Positions 19,346 to 33,334 of a stretch of 64,000 nucleotides of DNA are shown here, piece by piece. The notes beneath the pieces are model-generated. The model ran no database searches, was not told the origin of the DNA, and saw nothing but the letters and a program-made list of their open reading frames with translations. The DNA is from the human T2T-CHM13v2.0 reference genome, Homo sapiens. Location: the NCBI RefSeq assembly GCF_009914755.1, contig NC_060926.1. One strand, 5' to 3'. Positions within the stretch are counted from its first letter, which is position 1, and each line of letters opens with the position of its first letter. A program made the position numbers and the translations under genes.

Positions 19346-19907
19346 AAGAGAACTTTTCTATTTAGTCTTCCTTTCTACTGTTTAGGTTCAAAGCACGTTT
19401 TTTAAAAAAGCATTTCCTTTTTCAGGCAAAATCTTCAGAATCTATCTCTGAAAAACTGTAGACTACAAAATGTTACCTTCCCAAGTCAACTTTAAAGCTA
19501 ATACTTTAAGTTTACATATTAATAGCAATATAACAATATTTACAGTGATAGAACAAATGCATGTATTTAAACAGTGCCTTTACACATACTACTGAACAAG
19601 ATTTTTCTCCTAAATACCTATCTATATCCAAAGTCTCACTGTAGTTATGAAGAGGTCATTGATTTATATACAGTGCCTGCAAAATGCTACAAGCCGCACT
19701 TCACTGCATTGTCCAATTTTATCTGCTTGCCAATCTTAATAATTAGGCCATATTATTATCTATGTTTTGCAGATAAGGGCTATAAAGCATCTATACTATA
19801 ATAGTACACATCTAATTTAACTTAAATGAATATAACAATTTATTTTTCTTGAAACTGTATAATGTCTACCATGGTAGAATATATAATTGTTTCAGAAATC
19901 ATCCCTA

Positions 19908-20318
<411 letters not shown>

Positions 20319-21259
20319 TTATTATGTATATTATGTATTATGTATGAAACACACATAATATATATTTATTTTACATATACATACAAAATGTGTGTGTGTG
20401 TTTAGAGAGAGTGAGAAAAAAATCTCTTATTATAATGCCTGGCTCATTGAAAGTACCCTATGATAATGTCATATTTTTATTTAATTCAATGTAACAGCTA
20501 TTTATTGGGGAACTATTAGCTATGAAGTATTGTGCAAGGAAATGAGTAGCTATTAATATATACTGACATTAAACACCGTATATTAAACACCAGGCCCTTT
20601 AACATAGGCTCTTCTTAATATACTCATTACAGAGGTAATTTCTCAAGCAAATTAGTCGTGTAACTTGTCTCTTGATAACAGCACGGGGAGTTAAGACTGC
20701 CAAAATCAACAGCGTATTTCAAAGGCTTCCAGGTTCTCTGTAACAAAGGCTGAGTAAGCCATGACTCATAATCGGGAAACTTCTATTTGAGGGCCTGATT
20801 ATCTTTCTTCATATCTGGGGTGTGGGAAAGACTGGTAGCAGTGGGCAGCAGGCTAGGGAGGAGTTCCGTTCTGTTTCCAGGGCCACAAAGGGAGTGAGAA
20901 GCACATAGTGAAAGTTCTCCAGAGTAGCTTTTTCTCTTTCAAGGGAGCCCTAGAGACACACAGAGTGATCTGAAACATATTCGGGACAATTGAGTTGTTA
21001 GAATTCATGATTTACTGCATTATCTGGTTAAGTCCATCATGTACCATCACCCAGGAGTCAACTAGCCTCTGACTTGCACCAAGCCACTCTGGGTTGCTTG
21101 CTGCTTCTGTCTGTGTGTTTTATTTATTTATGTGGGCAGGAGGAGGGGGGAGTAGGGTTGGAGGAGGGAGGAGAAGGGTTAGGGGAGGTATGTTTTTAAG
21201 GCCCCATTTTGAACCTGCACATAATATAATTGAAAGAGAACAGTTTTCCAGTTGCGCAG

Positions 21260-21460
21260 AAACGCATCTAAATTTTGGCTATCATGTACCATTGTGTGGC
21301 CTTGGGTAATGCCTTAACATTTCTGAATCACAGTTTCCTGTTGTTTAAGACAGTGACATTATCTGCATAGTGGATTTGTTGTAAAAAATTAATTAGAGTG
21401 CAAGTGAAAAAGAGCCATCGCAATGCCTGGCATATAGTAAGCTCTCAAAATGAGGAATAA
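21260..21460 (+). mobile_element. MIR SINE
   Basis: 'tgtgtggccttgggtaatgccttaacatttctgaatcacagtttcct...caatgcctggcatatagtaagctctcaa'. Confidence 0.7.
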
Positions 21461-21580
21461 AAAAAGAAACCTAGTGAGTTGGTGTTATGCTAAATAACCA
21501 TTATATTTAAAATGACTAAGTAATTTATATCCCAAAGATGTTTTTGAGAATAAAAGGATCACTATTAATAATTAGGTCAG

Positions 21581-21869
21581 GGCTGAGTGCAGTGGCTCAT
21601 GCCTGTAATCCCAGCACTTTGGAAGGCCGAGGTAGACAGATCGCTTGAGCTCAGGAGTTCGAGACTAGCCTGGGGAATACAGCAAAACCTCATCTCTACA
21701 AAAAATGTGATGGCGCACCCCTGTAGTCCCAGCTACTTGGGGCGCTGAGGTGGGAGAATTCACTGGAGCCAGAGAGGCAGAGGTTACAGTGAGCCGAGAT
21801 CAAAACACTTCACCACAGCCTGGATGAGACAGCGATATCCTGTCTCAAAAAAATAAAAATAAAAATAAA
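21581..21869 (+). mobile_element. AluJ
   Basis: Alu dimer 'gatcgcttgagctcaggagttcgagact'; TSD aattag(g/c)tcag at 21570-21580 and 21870-21880. Confidence 0.9.
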
Positions 21870-22909
21870 AATTAGCTCAGAACAACAGACCAAACAAGCA
21901 CTGTCCTGAGCAAATCTGAAGGCATACTCCTTCTAATTATAATCATGCTGCTCTATTGATGGGGCTAAAGGTAGGAGTCAGAAGTCCTTATTTCTTGAGA
22001 TCATAAATTTGTAATCACATAACTTTTCTCTAGGTTTCTCTCAGATACTTAATGGTTGTCATTAGATCATGCATACAATATAGTCCGTGATAAGTGATAG
22101 GGTAGAGAAAGGAATGTGGATGGCCCAGTTTTCTTCTTCCCCTAAACTGAAAAAAACCTAAATCTCACTTTTTCCCCTAAACTGAAAAAAAAAAAAAAAG
22201 AGAGAGAGAAATCTCCCTCTTGCCTGAACAGCAACTGCAAGGCTTAGAACCCACAAAAATACCACTTAGCTCAGACATCAGAGAAATGTCTGTGCAGTTG
22301 GTGGGCTGAAGGTAGGGAGGAGAGTTTTCATAAAAGTTTGCTTTGTAATTCCATAATTTAAGCTCATGATCTGGAAAGTATTTCCTCCTTCCTGTTGTTG
22401 TGTAATCCAGGATATACTTTTATGATATACTCGATGGCATTCAAGACAATGACTAAATTCAGAGGCAGTGGAATATTGTTATACCTCCTAATTTAAATTC
22501 CTATTTTATATGGCACAAAGAGTCCTGCCATTCTCCTAAAGAAACTTTTAAAAAATGGAGGCTAAAAAGAAGAAATGTGATCATTTTAAACACTTTATAT
22601 TTTGTAAAATTCCAATTTTAAAACGTGGGAAAAGAAATACAATGTATAAAACAGATACATTAAAAATCTGGCATTATCTCTTTATTTTGAATATTGATCC
22701 TGAACTGTCTTAACTTTTGCTGTTAAATTCTGACTTTTCTAAGAAATCAAAAGGAGGCACTTTGATCCTTGATCCAAGAAATTGTCTGGGCCTTACCATT
22801 TACATTTTAGGAAAGAAGTCTAGAAAAAGTCAAGCTAAAAGGCTGTATGCTACTTCACCTGGCCACTCTCCTACTCACAAAAGTGAACCTGGGCAGATCC
22901 TTTATTGGT

Positions 22910-23915
22910 TCATTCATTCATTCATTTAACAGGAATTTATTATGCTCCTACTAAGTGCCATATTCCAGGCCAAATGCTGGAGATTCAAGCATGGTCATGC
23001 CATTTCCAGGCTTAATGTCCAATGAAGCAGATGGCATTGCTGTGAAGAATTATTACTAGAAAACAAGATCAAGATTAATGACAGAGGAAGCTCAAGACAC
23101 TTTGAGAGCCCACAGTAGTCTATGGGTCAGGGAAGGCTCTCTGAATATGGATCTTTCTCCAGCCGAGTAAGGTGAGCAGGAATTGGTCATTTTATAATAG
23201 AAATGGTGTCCAAGGCAGAAGGACAATCTGTGAGGGAGGGGAAAAAAGAGAGAAGTTGGTGTGAGGATCTGAAAATATACAAGTATGGCTAGAATGAGGG
23301 CACTCAGTCACCATGAGGCTAAAGAGACAAGCAAGGGCCCAATTATAGAGGCTTTGAAGTCATATTAGGAGTTCAGGGTTTACCCTGTTGATAGCTGGGG
23401 TGTCTCTAAACATTGAGCGATTTTATGAAAAAGGTTGACATGATCAAGTGTGCATTTTATAGAGAGAATTCTAGCTTCAGAAGATCAATTAGAGAATGAC
23501 ATAATGGTCAAGATCAAAATTAATAGCAATTTCTACAAAGATGTTGTCATTGGAAATGGAGAAATTTAGGAAGGAATATTAACAGGACATGGTGATTCCT
23601 GAGTAGATGGTGATGCCCCTAAATGACATGGAGAATATAAGGAGAAGAAGTGGGTTTAGAAGGTGGTGATAACCGTCAAACAGTTGAATGTGAAATGTCC
23701 TTAACATATTCAAGTGAAGATTTCCAACAGAAAGTTGATTTTATGGTCCAAGGGCTCAGGAGGGCATGGTGAACCATATTTAGAGACTGGGGAGTCCTTA
23801 GGGTATAAGTGGCCTTTGAAGCCTAGGGAGTAAATGAGACACCCTGAAGTCAGTAGGCAGAATGAGAGAAGAAGCGGGTCAAGGACAGTCTCCCAAGGAA
23901 CATCAACATATAAAG
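22910..23915 (-). mobile_element. L2 LINE 3' fragment
   Basis: (ttca)n L2 tail 'cattcattcattcatttaacagg...tttattatgctcctactaagtgcca' followed by purine-rich L2 body. Confidence 0.7.
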
Positions 23916-24878
23916 GAGCAGGAGGGCCACTCTTGTGTTTATCTGGCCCTGAGGTTTCAAAAGGTCTTCATAACAACAGGAAGCATGTGACCGAGATCTA
24001 ACTGGTGATAAGATGAACTGTCTGATATTATGCATGGGGTTAGAGTGTCAGTCAATATCTACTGGTAGTTCTAAAACTAGATTCCAACTTGAGAAAAACA
24101 TTTCTTGATGTCCCGTGGAAATGAAGAGGAGTCATAGTCTGACTATGTCACCAATGTTTCTGCAGTTTCTTTGCTTTTCTTTCCCTTCTTTGGTAATGCT
24201 CCATCCAGCACATGCTGGCCTGGCAACATTCCAGGTATAAACAGCTTAAAGACTGCTCTCAGTTTATTCTTACATAATATTCTCACTTGTATTATAGAAA
24301 AAGGAAGTTTTATGATAGAGTTAGTTGGAAAATAAACCATATGCTTAACCTAGCCATAAACTATACTTAGAAAGACCAAAAATACCTGAAGTGGTAATTC
24401 AAGACTCACTTTTCTCAATAATCTCATAAAAAATAAGGAATGCAAAGGTCCTGATAAAAGTTTTTAAATATACACTGACAATGAAATAGATGCTCTTATA
24501 TTTCTGTTTCCAGTCTGCATCACATCCACTTACACACACTGTCTCTTCATTCTAATAGACAAATCTTAGAATGAAGGCATGCTAAATCTGAAAAGATCTC
24601 AAAGAGAGCTTCTAACTCAAGCCCCCTTCCCACTGGCCCCTTGCCTACTTTCTAGATGAGAAACATAAGATGCTGGAATGATAACACTAAGAACTTTTAC
24701 ATGTCGCTGTATATGTAAATAATAATGTTTACCTTCAAGAGAAAATAAGTTAATCACATTGGCTAATATCCTCAGCTCTCAGAATTGACTATCTGGGTTT
24801 GACCTTGGGCAAATTACTTAACCTCTCATTTCCTTAGCTTTTGCACCTATAAAATTAGTTAATGATAGTATCTATTCA

Positions 24879-25722
24879 CAGATGGGAGATAATTCTCCAC
24901 AGGTTTCTCACATTTTTGCCTGTCTTGAGTGCAGAAACACTGATAATTCTTGTTTCAGACTATATTTTTAAAGATGTTAGTATAGCAAACTGCCTTGAAA
25001 GATACATACAGTGTTTTCCTCCAGAGCAAAGGGCTGGTGTGCTGACTGTCTAGCATAATAGAGATAGTATCTCCCTCTGGAGCAAAGGTGAGCATACTTC
25101 CTGCCTTTTTGAAATATTTGGGTTCCCTAATCTCAGGGTTTCTGTCCTGTAAGAGTACCATCTCCAAAAGTAGGTGTCATCTGGCCCTCAGAGAATTGGT
25201 ACAAATGGTGGTACTCTATTATTCTTGATGTGAATACAAGTTGAGCAACCCTAATCCCAAAATTCAAAATCCAAAATGCTCCAAAATCTGAAATGTTTGG
25301 AGTACCGACATACCACCACATCTGGGAAATTGCACACCTGACCTCGTGTGATGAGCCACAGTCAAAAGGCAGTAAGAACTTTTGTTTCATGTACAAATAT
25401 TTTAGAAAATATTTTATAAAATTATCAATTACCTTCAGGCGATGTGTATAAGGTATACGTGAAACATAAATGAATTTAGTGTATAGACTTTGGTCCCATT
25501 CTCAAGATGTCTCCTTACATACATCCAAATATTCCAAAATCTGAAAAATCCCAAATCTGAAACACTTCTTGTCCCAAGATAAGAGATAATCAACCTGTAA
25601 TGAAGTCCTCTGTCTCTGACCCAGGAGTCTCATATCTTTTGTCAGGATCCATGCATTTGTGACAAGCTAGCATGTTAGCTTACAAGTATGGTAAAATCTC
25701 AGACTCTTCACAGTTCTTGGCA
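24879..25722 (+). mobile_element. ERVL-class solo LTR (MER68-like) interrupted by Tigger4b
   Basis: 'tgggagataattctcca...tctccctctggagcaaagg...gtctctgacccaggagtctc...aaaatctcagactcttcacagttcttggca'. Confidence 0.7.
25237..25597 (+). mobile_element. Tigger4b (Zombi/MER46B-like) DNA transposon
   Basis: TIRs caagttgagcaaccct / agagataatcaacctg; TA target duplication at 25235-36 and 25598-99; 'aaatccaaaatgctccaaaatctgaaa'. Confidence 0.85.
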
Positions 25723-28700
25723 ATGGATTTTGGTTAAGAAATCAGTAAATAAACATAAATTGCTCAGAAGAGTATTTGACACAAAGCAACTAAAGACCCG
25801 TTAAATCAGTCATACCCCTTCAATAAGCCACTCAAAAACAGCCTCATTCTAACTGTATGCTCTTGGGTAGAATGTGACATTTTTAAAAAATATATAATAT
25901 GAAGATAATAAACTTTTATGAATTTTCTTATTTACCTCTCTCCAACTCTCCCTGCCTCACTACTCACACATTTGAATATCATGTTTTCAATTGTGGGAAG
26001 GTTAAAATCAATATGTAGTGTGACCAATGTTTGAGTGACAGTGTTTCTAAAAAAATTCAAAGTTTTCTCCATTATCATCAACTCATTTTGTTATTTCTCT
26101 TTCTGATTCACTACATCAGCTCTTTTAAAACACTGGTGACTTTTTTTCCTGATGTGTGTTGTATGCTATTTTCAGAGTTCTGTTTTCTATCTGTAAGCCT
26201 GTCAAACATAGTAGCTCCATCTTTTAAAAATAATGTTTCACCTTTTCTTTTTTTCTATACTATAACTCATACTTTTGAAAAATCAGCATGACCTTTTTCA
26301 TTCTTGATCAACACTTAACATAAGAGCCTCCCTGAAGCAAAAGGAAGTAACTAGAAGAGACAATATGCTGAATGATCAGGATGTGGGGCCTAAATCTTGG
26401 CTTATACCCAGCTGGTGTACTTGACCACCAACTTTATGTAAGTTTAGGGATTTCAAAATCCCCCATGTCTCCAGATCTTTTGAACACTGATTTGCCATGA
26501 TCTTTGGTCATTATCAGTTTAGACAGATAGGGGCCTTGTCTTTAGCTGGCCACTGTTAAAACACCATAGTCAAGGATGATGATTATTAGAATAACTACTT
26601 ATCAACTAAAGCTCCAAGAACATGAGCATTTTACTGTGCAGGGAGAAAACAGGGAGTAAGAAAAGAGTGTCCAGAGTGAGATCTGTATCTGGGCAGAACA
26701 CAGGAGGACATGATACTAGAGAGGTCTAGAATTTGGCAATGTATGGGAACTTGGAAGGCTTTATTTATTTCCTTATGTGTCCATCAATGGGGAAACTACA
26801 CGAAGGATGAAAATGATAAGAGGTAGACTCTGCTTTTAAAGTACTTCTAGTCTAGCTGGGGAAATTAATCCCACACAACCTAGGTAGAACACTGTATGTA
26901 ATTGTGTTTGTGGTATAGACATAACTATACATATTAACAAGGCTATTGACTTTATACAGGACTATTAAGACTTCAAAGAAGGGAGACATTCTTAACTCGG
27001 GATTATTGACAGCTTTCTCTGGAAATGGCAATGAAAAATTAGAGGAGAAAGGAGAGTGGTCAAAGAAAGGAACAGCAATGTACGCTCTGCCAATACAGGG
27101 GTTGTGTGGGAGCAGTTACCAAAAGATGAGGCAAAACAGTTTCCAGTACAATTTGGCTTTGAGCTGGGGACACCTTAGAAGGGAGACCTGGAGTTTGTGT
27201 GTGGCCATGACTCATACAAAACTCTGTCATTCAATTCCTATATTTGTAAAAACAAATTAAATGGAATTTGCTTGTTACTCTCCTAATTTGTGATGTGTTT
27301 GGCTCCATTAGGTTATAGCAGGCATTACCTGAAAGCATCTATTATATGGCAATTTTGGCATGGTATTAAGGACTGAATTAATAGAACCCTATAAGCCCTA
27401 TTTTTGCCCTGTAGATGATTATAATATTGTAACCAGATATACTAAGGAAACACTGATAATGGGAATATCATTAGCACATTCTTTGTAAGATGACTGGAAA
27501 TGAGTGGCCTGTGCTGTAATACTCTGCTTTCAGTTACTCTGTCCTTGTTCCTCAGCCTTCTCTTCTCTAAGTTCTAATTTCTTCTCAAACTTGCTAGGTA
27601 AATCTTGGCAGAAAGTTTAGCAAGCTATATCTAGGAGATAGTAAAAGAATCACATTTCAGGATGTGGGAAATCCTGCATTTGGCCTTTCTGGATCTTGAA
27701 GAGATACTGCTTTAAGGATTGAAGGCCAGCTCTCCTCTTGGAAAAATTTTGCAGATAATTGCCAATGATATGTACATTACAACAGGATCAGAGTTTTCAA
27801 AGTGAATCCAATTGGTGAGAAGGAATATTTCAACAGAATAAGAACTAAAGAATTTAGTGAATTTAGACCCACTCCTAATACTTCAAATAGCAGCTTTATT
27901 TTTCCCTCAGAGAAGTCATTGCCAAAATGGACATACAGAAAAACCAGCGGTTAATTAAAAAAACCCATTAGCTTGAATCATGAAGAAATAATGATAAGAA
28001 CCAGGGCTGGTTCCTCTCAATTTTGACCTTTTGTTTTACTGTTCAATGTAGAATTTTTGATAATGTTTGGATTCAGTACAGTGAAGATTTATCTTGTGTA
28101 GTGAACTCTATAAAGAACAGACTTGACTTGGAAATAACTTACTGGCTTAAAAAGAGTCACTTAACAATTTCTTTGGCAGTAAATAAGGCATAATGCTATT
28201 GCTTATGGTTTTTGTTAGCTGGGTTTTTTTCCTGGTGAAAAGAGATGTTGAATAAGAATTTCTTTCTTACAAAAGCTTTGGTATTATTAACATAATTGAC
28301 TAGGATTTGAAATTCTATGAAAACAAATGCCCTTTCACCAGTTCTTGTTTTGAATATGTGTATTCATTTAGTGCTTACTTGAGGATTTAGGATCTTGTTC
28401 ACTATTGTTCTTTAGGATAACTTTGAAGAAAATATTGTTGTATGAAACCATGGATGGTATTAACAAAGCTAATATCCCGGATGTTTTATGAATACTTTTA
28501 TGGATCCTGATATTTTATGAATACACAAGCTTCATTGAAAATATTTTTTCCATTTTATTTTCTTAAGTAGAATTTTCTATATTGAAAAGTATAAGACTAA
28601 AAAGATCAGAGTGCCATAACAAGGGAGAAGGATGACCATATAAAGTGTGGGAAGAGGTTCAGTAGGTATTTTCTCTAGACATTAAGGAGATAATGTGCTA

Positions 28701-30157
28701 GACAGTTCCTGGAACATAGTCAGAGCTTTGATGTATTGTTTTTGGTTGATTGATATACTAAGGAAATGGTTGCCCTTCACTGTCAGAAGTGAACATAGGA
28801 TGTGAAAAGTAAATAAAGCCTGAAAGGGCAGCTTATACTGTATCATTTTAAATTCTTTCTGTCTCTGGGCACCACACTTCCCCACAGCTTGTTTTATAAA
28901 GGCCTATAGTATGGCAAAGATTCAGGAGGAATGAATAATAGGGCCTCTGAGCAGGGGAAAAGAGAAAAGAAAGATCTGAAATGAAGGTGGGGCTCTGAGT
29001 TAGAAGCAAAAGTATACTTTCGAGGAAGGTGGTATAATCTCTGATTTAAGAAATCTGTAGTACTAAAGGGGGAAAAATATATCAGAGAAGTAGAACTGGA
29101 AAATGGGGCTTTGGATCCAAATTGTACACATCATTGGCTTCTCCAGTATCAGCTATGTGTTCCCAGCTCATGGCAGGGAAGAGCCCTGAGGGATTCTCGT
29201 CATTACTTCCTCACCTTGGGGTAGCTTGAACTCTGAGGAGGTAAAGCAGGGACTGTTTCCTGATACTGTATATCCCTAAACTCTTTGATCGCTTTTTTTT
29301 TTCAGTCCCCTGATGGGGTAATTAGTAATAGTAATTCCTAGCTACCCCAGAACTAGGAACAAAGCCTAATTCCTTTTGGAAAAAAAGATTCTAATGCCAG
29401 CCTCATAATTAATGGAATATCTAAAATGTGGGCTAATGGCCTCTGTGTGTTTCAATTTCCTCTTTTAATAAACAATCTCTACTGATATCCTGTGTTAAGA
29501 TTAAAGATATACAACACTTTTAGAGGAATAAGGCATAAGATTTGTATCTGAGTTAGTAGTACACTTTATTTTGTGCTTAGCATGGGAAGAGCCTCAGACA
29601 AGGTACCTGTGTGGAATTCTGATGCATCTGCCGTTAGAAATCTTTAGGATTTGTTCTTGTATTTGTTTGTGGGAGGGTGTTGAGGAGGGGCAGATAGTGC
29701 AGGAAATAGAAAAGGGACCAAATAAAGTGAAATGGCTATGAAGAAGACCAAAGGGTACCCTTCTTATGTGATTCACTTAAACTTCACCTAGGAATGTGCT
29801 TTTGTTTTCTACATTGAAATAAAACAGATGTTTAAAGGGATTCTTTCTTATAGCATGGTTATTTATGTCAGTGTTACTTCTTTTATTTACCTACAAACTC
29901 CTTGAGGACAGAAGCCATGTCTCATATTTTCTACTCTTACAAGATATATCATAGAGACATTCACTCATAAAGAGTCCATAAACATCTAGTGTGTGAATAT
30001 GATCTGCTTATTTTGCCAGTTGCTATATGGAAATAAATCTCTAGTCACATGCTATGTAATGATAGTGGTGGGCACAGATAATAAAAAGGGACTGGATAAA
30101 TGGGTCAGCAGACTGTGGTTTCCATTTCCAAAAAGTGCTTTAAATGGTCAAGGAAAA

Positions 30158-30473
<316 letters not shown>

Positions 30474-31515
30474 TAAGAACTGCTAAAGATTCATCATTTA
30501 TATATGGTCATCATTCAAATTTCTGTGCTTTTTTGCTTGTTTTTAATTAGGGCCCGCTATCATTCCCAAAATATATGTTCCTCAACAACTGACTCTATCT
30601 TTCATCATCTTTAGGACAAAGAATACCAGCTCTCTTTAAAGTAGTGCTTTGAAATATAGTTTGGGAGGTAAATATAGATGTAAAATTGTATCTCCTAGCT
30701 CAAAGAGAACTGTTGAAAGAAAGGTAGCTGCTTTGTTTTTCTAGAATGTCAGTGTCACTATTTTTACAGCTCCTTTTGAGAAACACTAATTTGTGAAAGG
30801 AAAGCATCTCAGAAGTTAAAGTTGATGGTTTAAATTCTTATGCCTGTTGTGTTCTGAGGAACATAATTAATGGGAAGATAACAAGAGGCTGAATACAGCC
30901 TTGTTAAACTTATTCACAGAGCCAGTGAAATGATTCTGAATTGAACTTTCAAAGTCTGAAAGAAGAAAGTGTAGTATGCTTTAGACAGAAAGCCACAGGG
31001 TGATTGGGAAAATGCGAGATATGAGCAGGTGTTATGGTAGCATTCTAGTGAAGTTTCCAAACTGTCAGAATAAGCAAGGTCCCTTCCCACACTGATAAAC
31101 ACATACTTGTAGATGGCATTCCACTCTTTGAGGCAGACTTAAATAGTATGTTCGTTTATTAGTGTCTGGAAAGGGATGCCAGTGAAAAACTTGCAAATTT
31201 GGTCCATTTCAAGAAATCAAACCTAAACTTGTTGCTGTCAATCATTTTTTGATAGATTTAATAAGGAAACCACTTTGTGGGCAGACTTAAGACATGGAAA
31301 CTGTCATTTGCACTATGGAGAAGTTTCAAGAAAAAAAAGCAGCTATGGTTAAAAATCAAGAAAGAACTGCCAACTTCAGGACCTAGATTTCTTTATACCT
31401 GTATAACTTACTTTTGAGTTTTTTGAGGGGAGGCGGAATTTGGGATTTTATCTTTCTCTTGTTATCATTGGTCCTTCCATGTCACCCCATTGCTGCTAGG
31501 AAAATTACATGGTCA

Positions 31516-31821
31516 GGCTGAGTGTAGTGGCTTACCCCTGTAATCCCAGCACTTCGGAAGGCTGAAAAGTGGGAGGATTGCTTGAGCCCTTGAGTTTGAG
31601 ACCAGCCTGGGCAACATAAGGAGAACCCTCTCTCTACAAAAAATTTAACAATAAAAATTAAGCTGGGAGCAAGATGCTGCATACCTATAGTCCCAGCTAC
31701 TGGGAAAGCTGAGGTGGGAGGATCACTTGAGCTCAGGAAGCTGAGGCTGCAATGAGCTATCATCATGCCACTGCGTTCCAGGCTGGGTGACACAGCAAGA
31801 CCCTATCTCAAAATAAAATAA
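31516..31821 (+). mobile_element. AluJ
   Basis: 'ggaggattgcttgagccc', 'gaggctgcaatgagctat'; near-identical flanks aaaattacatggtca / aaaataacatggtca. Confidence 0.92.
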
Positions 31822-32524
31822 AAAATAACATGGTCACATGATATTAATGATAGTTATGTAGAGTTTCCTTTGTGGACATTTAACTTTGGGGCAAAATTGA
31901 GGTTGAGTTATATGACTCAAGATGGAGATAGGGAGAAGGTTGGTGGCAGTGAGAATATTGCTATTAGAAAACAAGTGGGAGAGACCAGCTCGAATCTGAG
32001 AAATACCCCGGGGACAGGCCTTGCCAAGGCCACAGAACTATTTCCAATGGCAGGAGCTGGAGTTGAGGTCATCTACACAGCTACTGACAAGTTAGTGGGT
32101 GGATACTGGGTAGGAAGGGAGGTGTCTTGGTCTCTCACTTAAAGCTTCTGTGTGAGGAGATTTCATAACAGAATATTTTCCTGAAGGAAATTACTGCTGC
32201 TATATACGTAGTACTCTGCGAAACAAGGATACTGAGTAATTATTAGTTCAGCGAATAAGAGAGTGAATAAATATTTTTTTCCCCATGGAAGTTCTTTTCT
32301 ATTAGGATAAGTTTATATAGTCCATCCAAATGTATCCTAATTTATCTATTAGGATAAATTTATACAGTCAATCCATATACATACATGTAGAATGTAACAA
32401 ATATTTTTATTGACTTTCTACATGCTGTATTACATTGTCTAGGAGTGTTATGTGGATAACATTACAAAGGGAAACTATATTGAGTTTTAAATCAGTGATT
32501 TAAAAGCAGGATTTTACAAATACT

Positions 32525-32762
32525 AGTAACAGTCATAACTTTCATTTGAGTGCTTACCAAGTCTCGTATTCTGCTGAGTCTCGTACATGTATCATGTCTT
32601 TTTGTGTTCACAGAAAAAAAAAACCAATGAGGTCAGTATGAGCATTCCCCTTTTACACAGGAAACAGACTGAGATCGCTAAGCCATATGCTGAAAATTGC
32701 AAAGCTAGTAAGGGACAGAGCAAGGGGTTACATTCAGAGGGGTCAGACTCCAAGTCACACCA
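32525..32762 (-). mobile_element. MIR SINE
   Basis: 'tttgagtgcttacc...attccccttttacacaggaaacagactgag...gctagtaagggacagagc...tcagactccaag'. Confidence 0.7.
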
Positions 32763-32764
32763 TC

Positions 32765-33302
32765 TTTTAAAAAAGTTGTACTAATTTATGGGGTACTTGT
32801 GTAATTTTGTTACATGCACAGATTGCATGGTGATTAAGCTAGGTCTCAGTTATCTATCACTAACATGATGTACATTTTACCCATTAACCAGTTTCTCATC
32901 ATCCTCCCTGCTCCAAGCCTCTCACCATTCTGAGTCTCCATTATCCATAATTCTACTCTATGTCCACATGAATACTTTTTAGTACCTATTTTTGAGAACA
33001 TGTGGCATCTGTCTTTCTGTGCCTGATTTGTTTTACTTAAGATAATGACCTTCAGTTCCATCTTTGTTGCTGCAAAGACATGATTTCACTTTTTATGGCT
33101 GAATAGTATTCCATTGTGTGTATGTGTGTGGTGTATACACACATACGTATATACATATACACATACTTTACACAGGAAACAGACACTCAGATTATTAAAG
33201 CATACACTGAAAATTGCACAGCTAGTAAGGGACAGAGAAAGGGGTTACATTCAGAGTAGTCCGATTCCAAGATATGTGTGTGTGTGTATACACCACACAG
33301 AT

Positions 33303-33334
<32 letters not shown>

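Larger units (their letters stand above)
24770..25790 (+). mobile_element. MIR split by an LTR insertion (pieces ~24770-24878 and ~25723-25790)
   Basis: 'tgaccttgggcaaattacttaacctctc...atagtatctattcaca' resumes after the LTR as 'ggattttggttaag...gctcagaagagtatttgacaca'. Confidence 0.6.

Noticed and set aside
27660-27955. Protein-like frames (MWEILHLAFLDLEEILL*..., RIRVFKVNPIGEKEYFNRIR...)
   Set aside because: Interrupted by stops, no recognisable homology and no consistent splice boundaries
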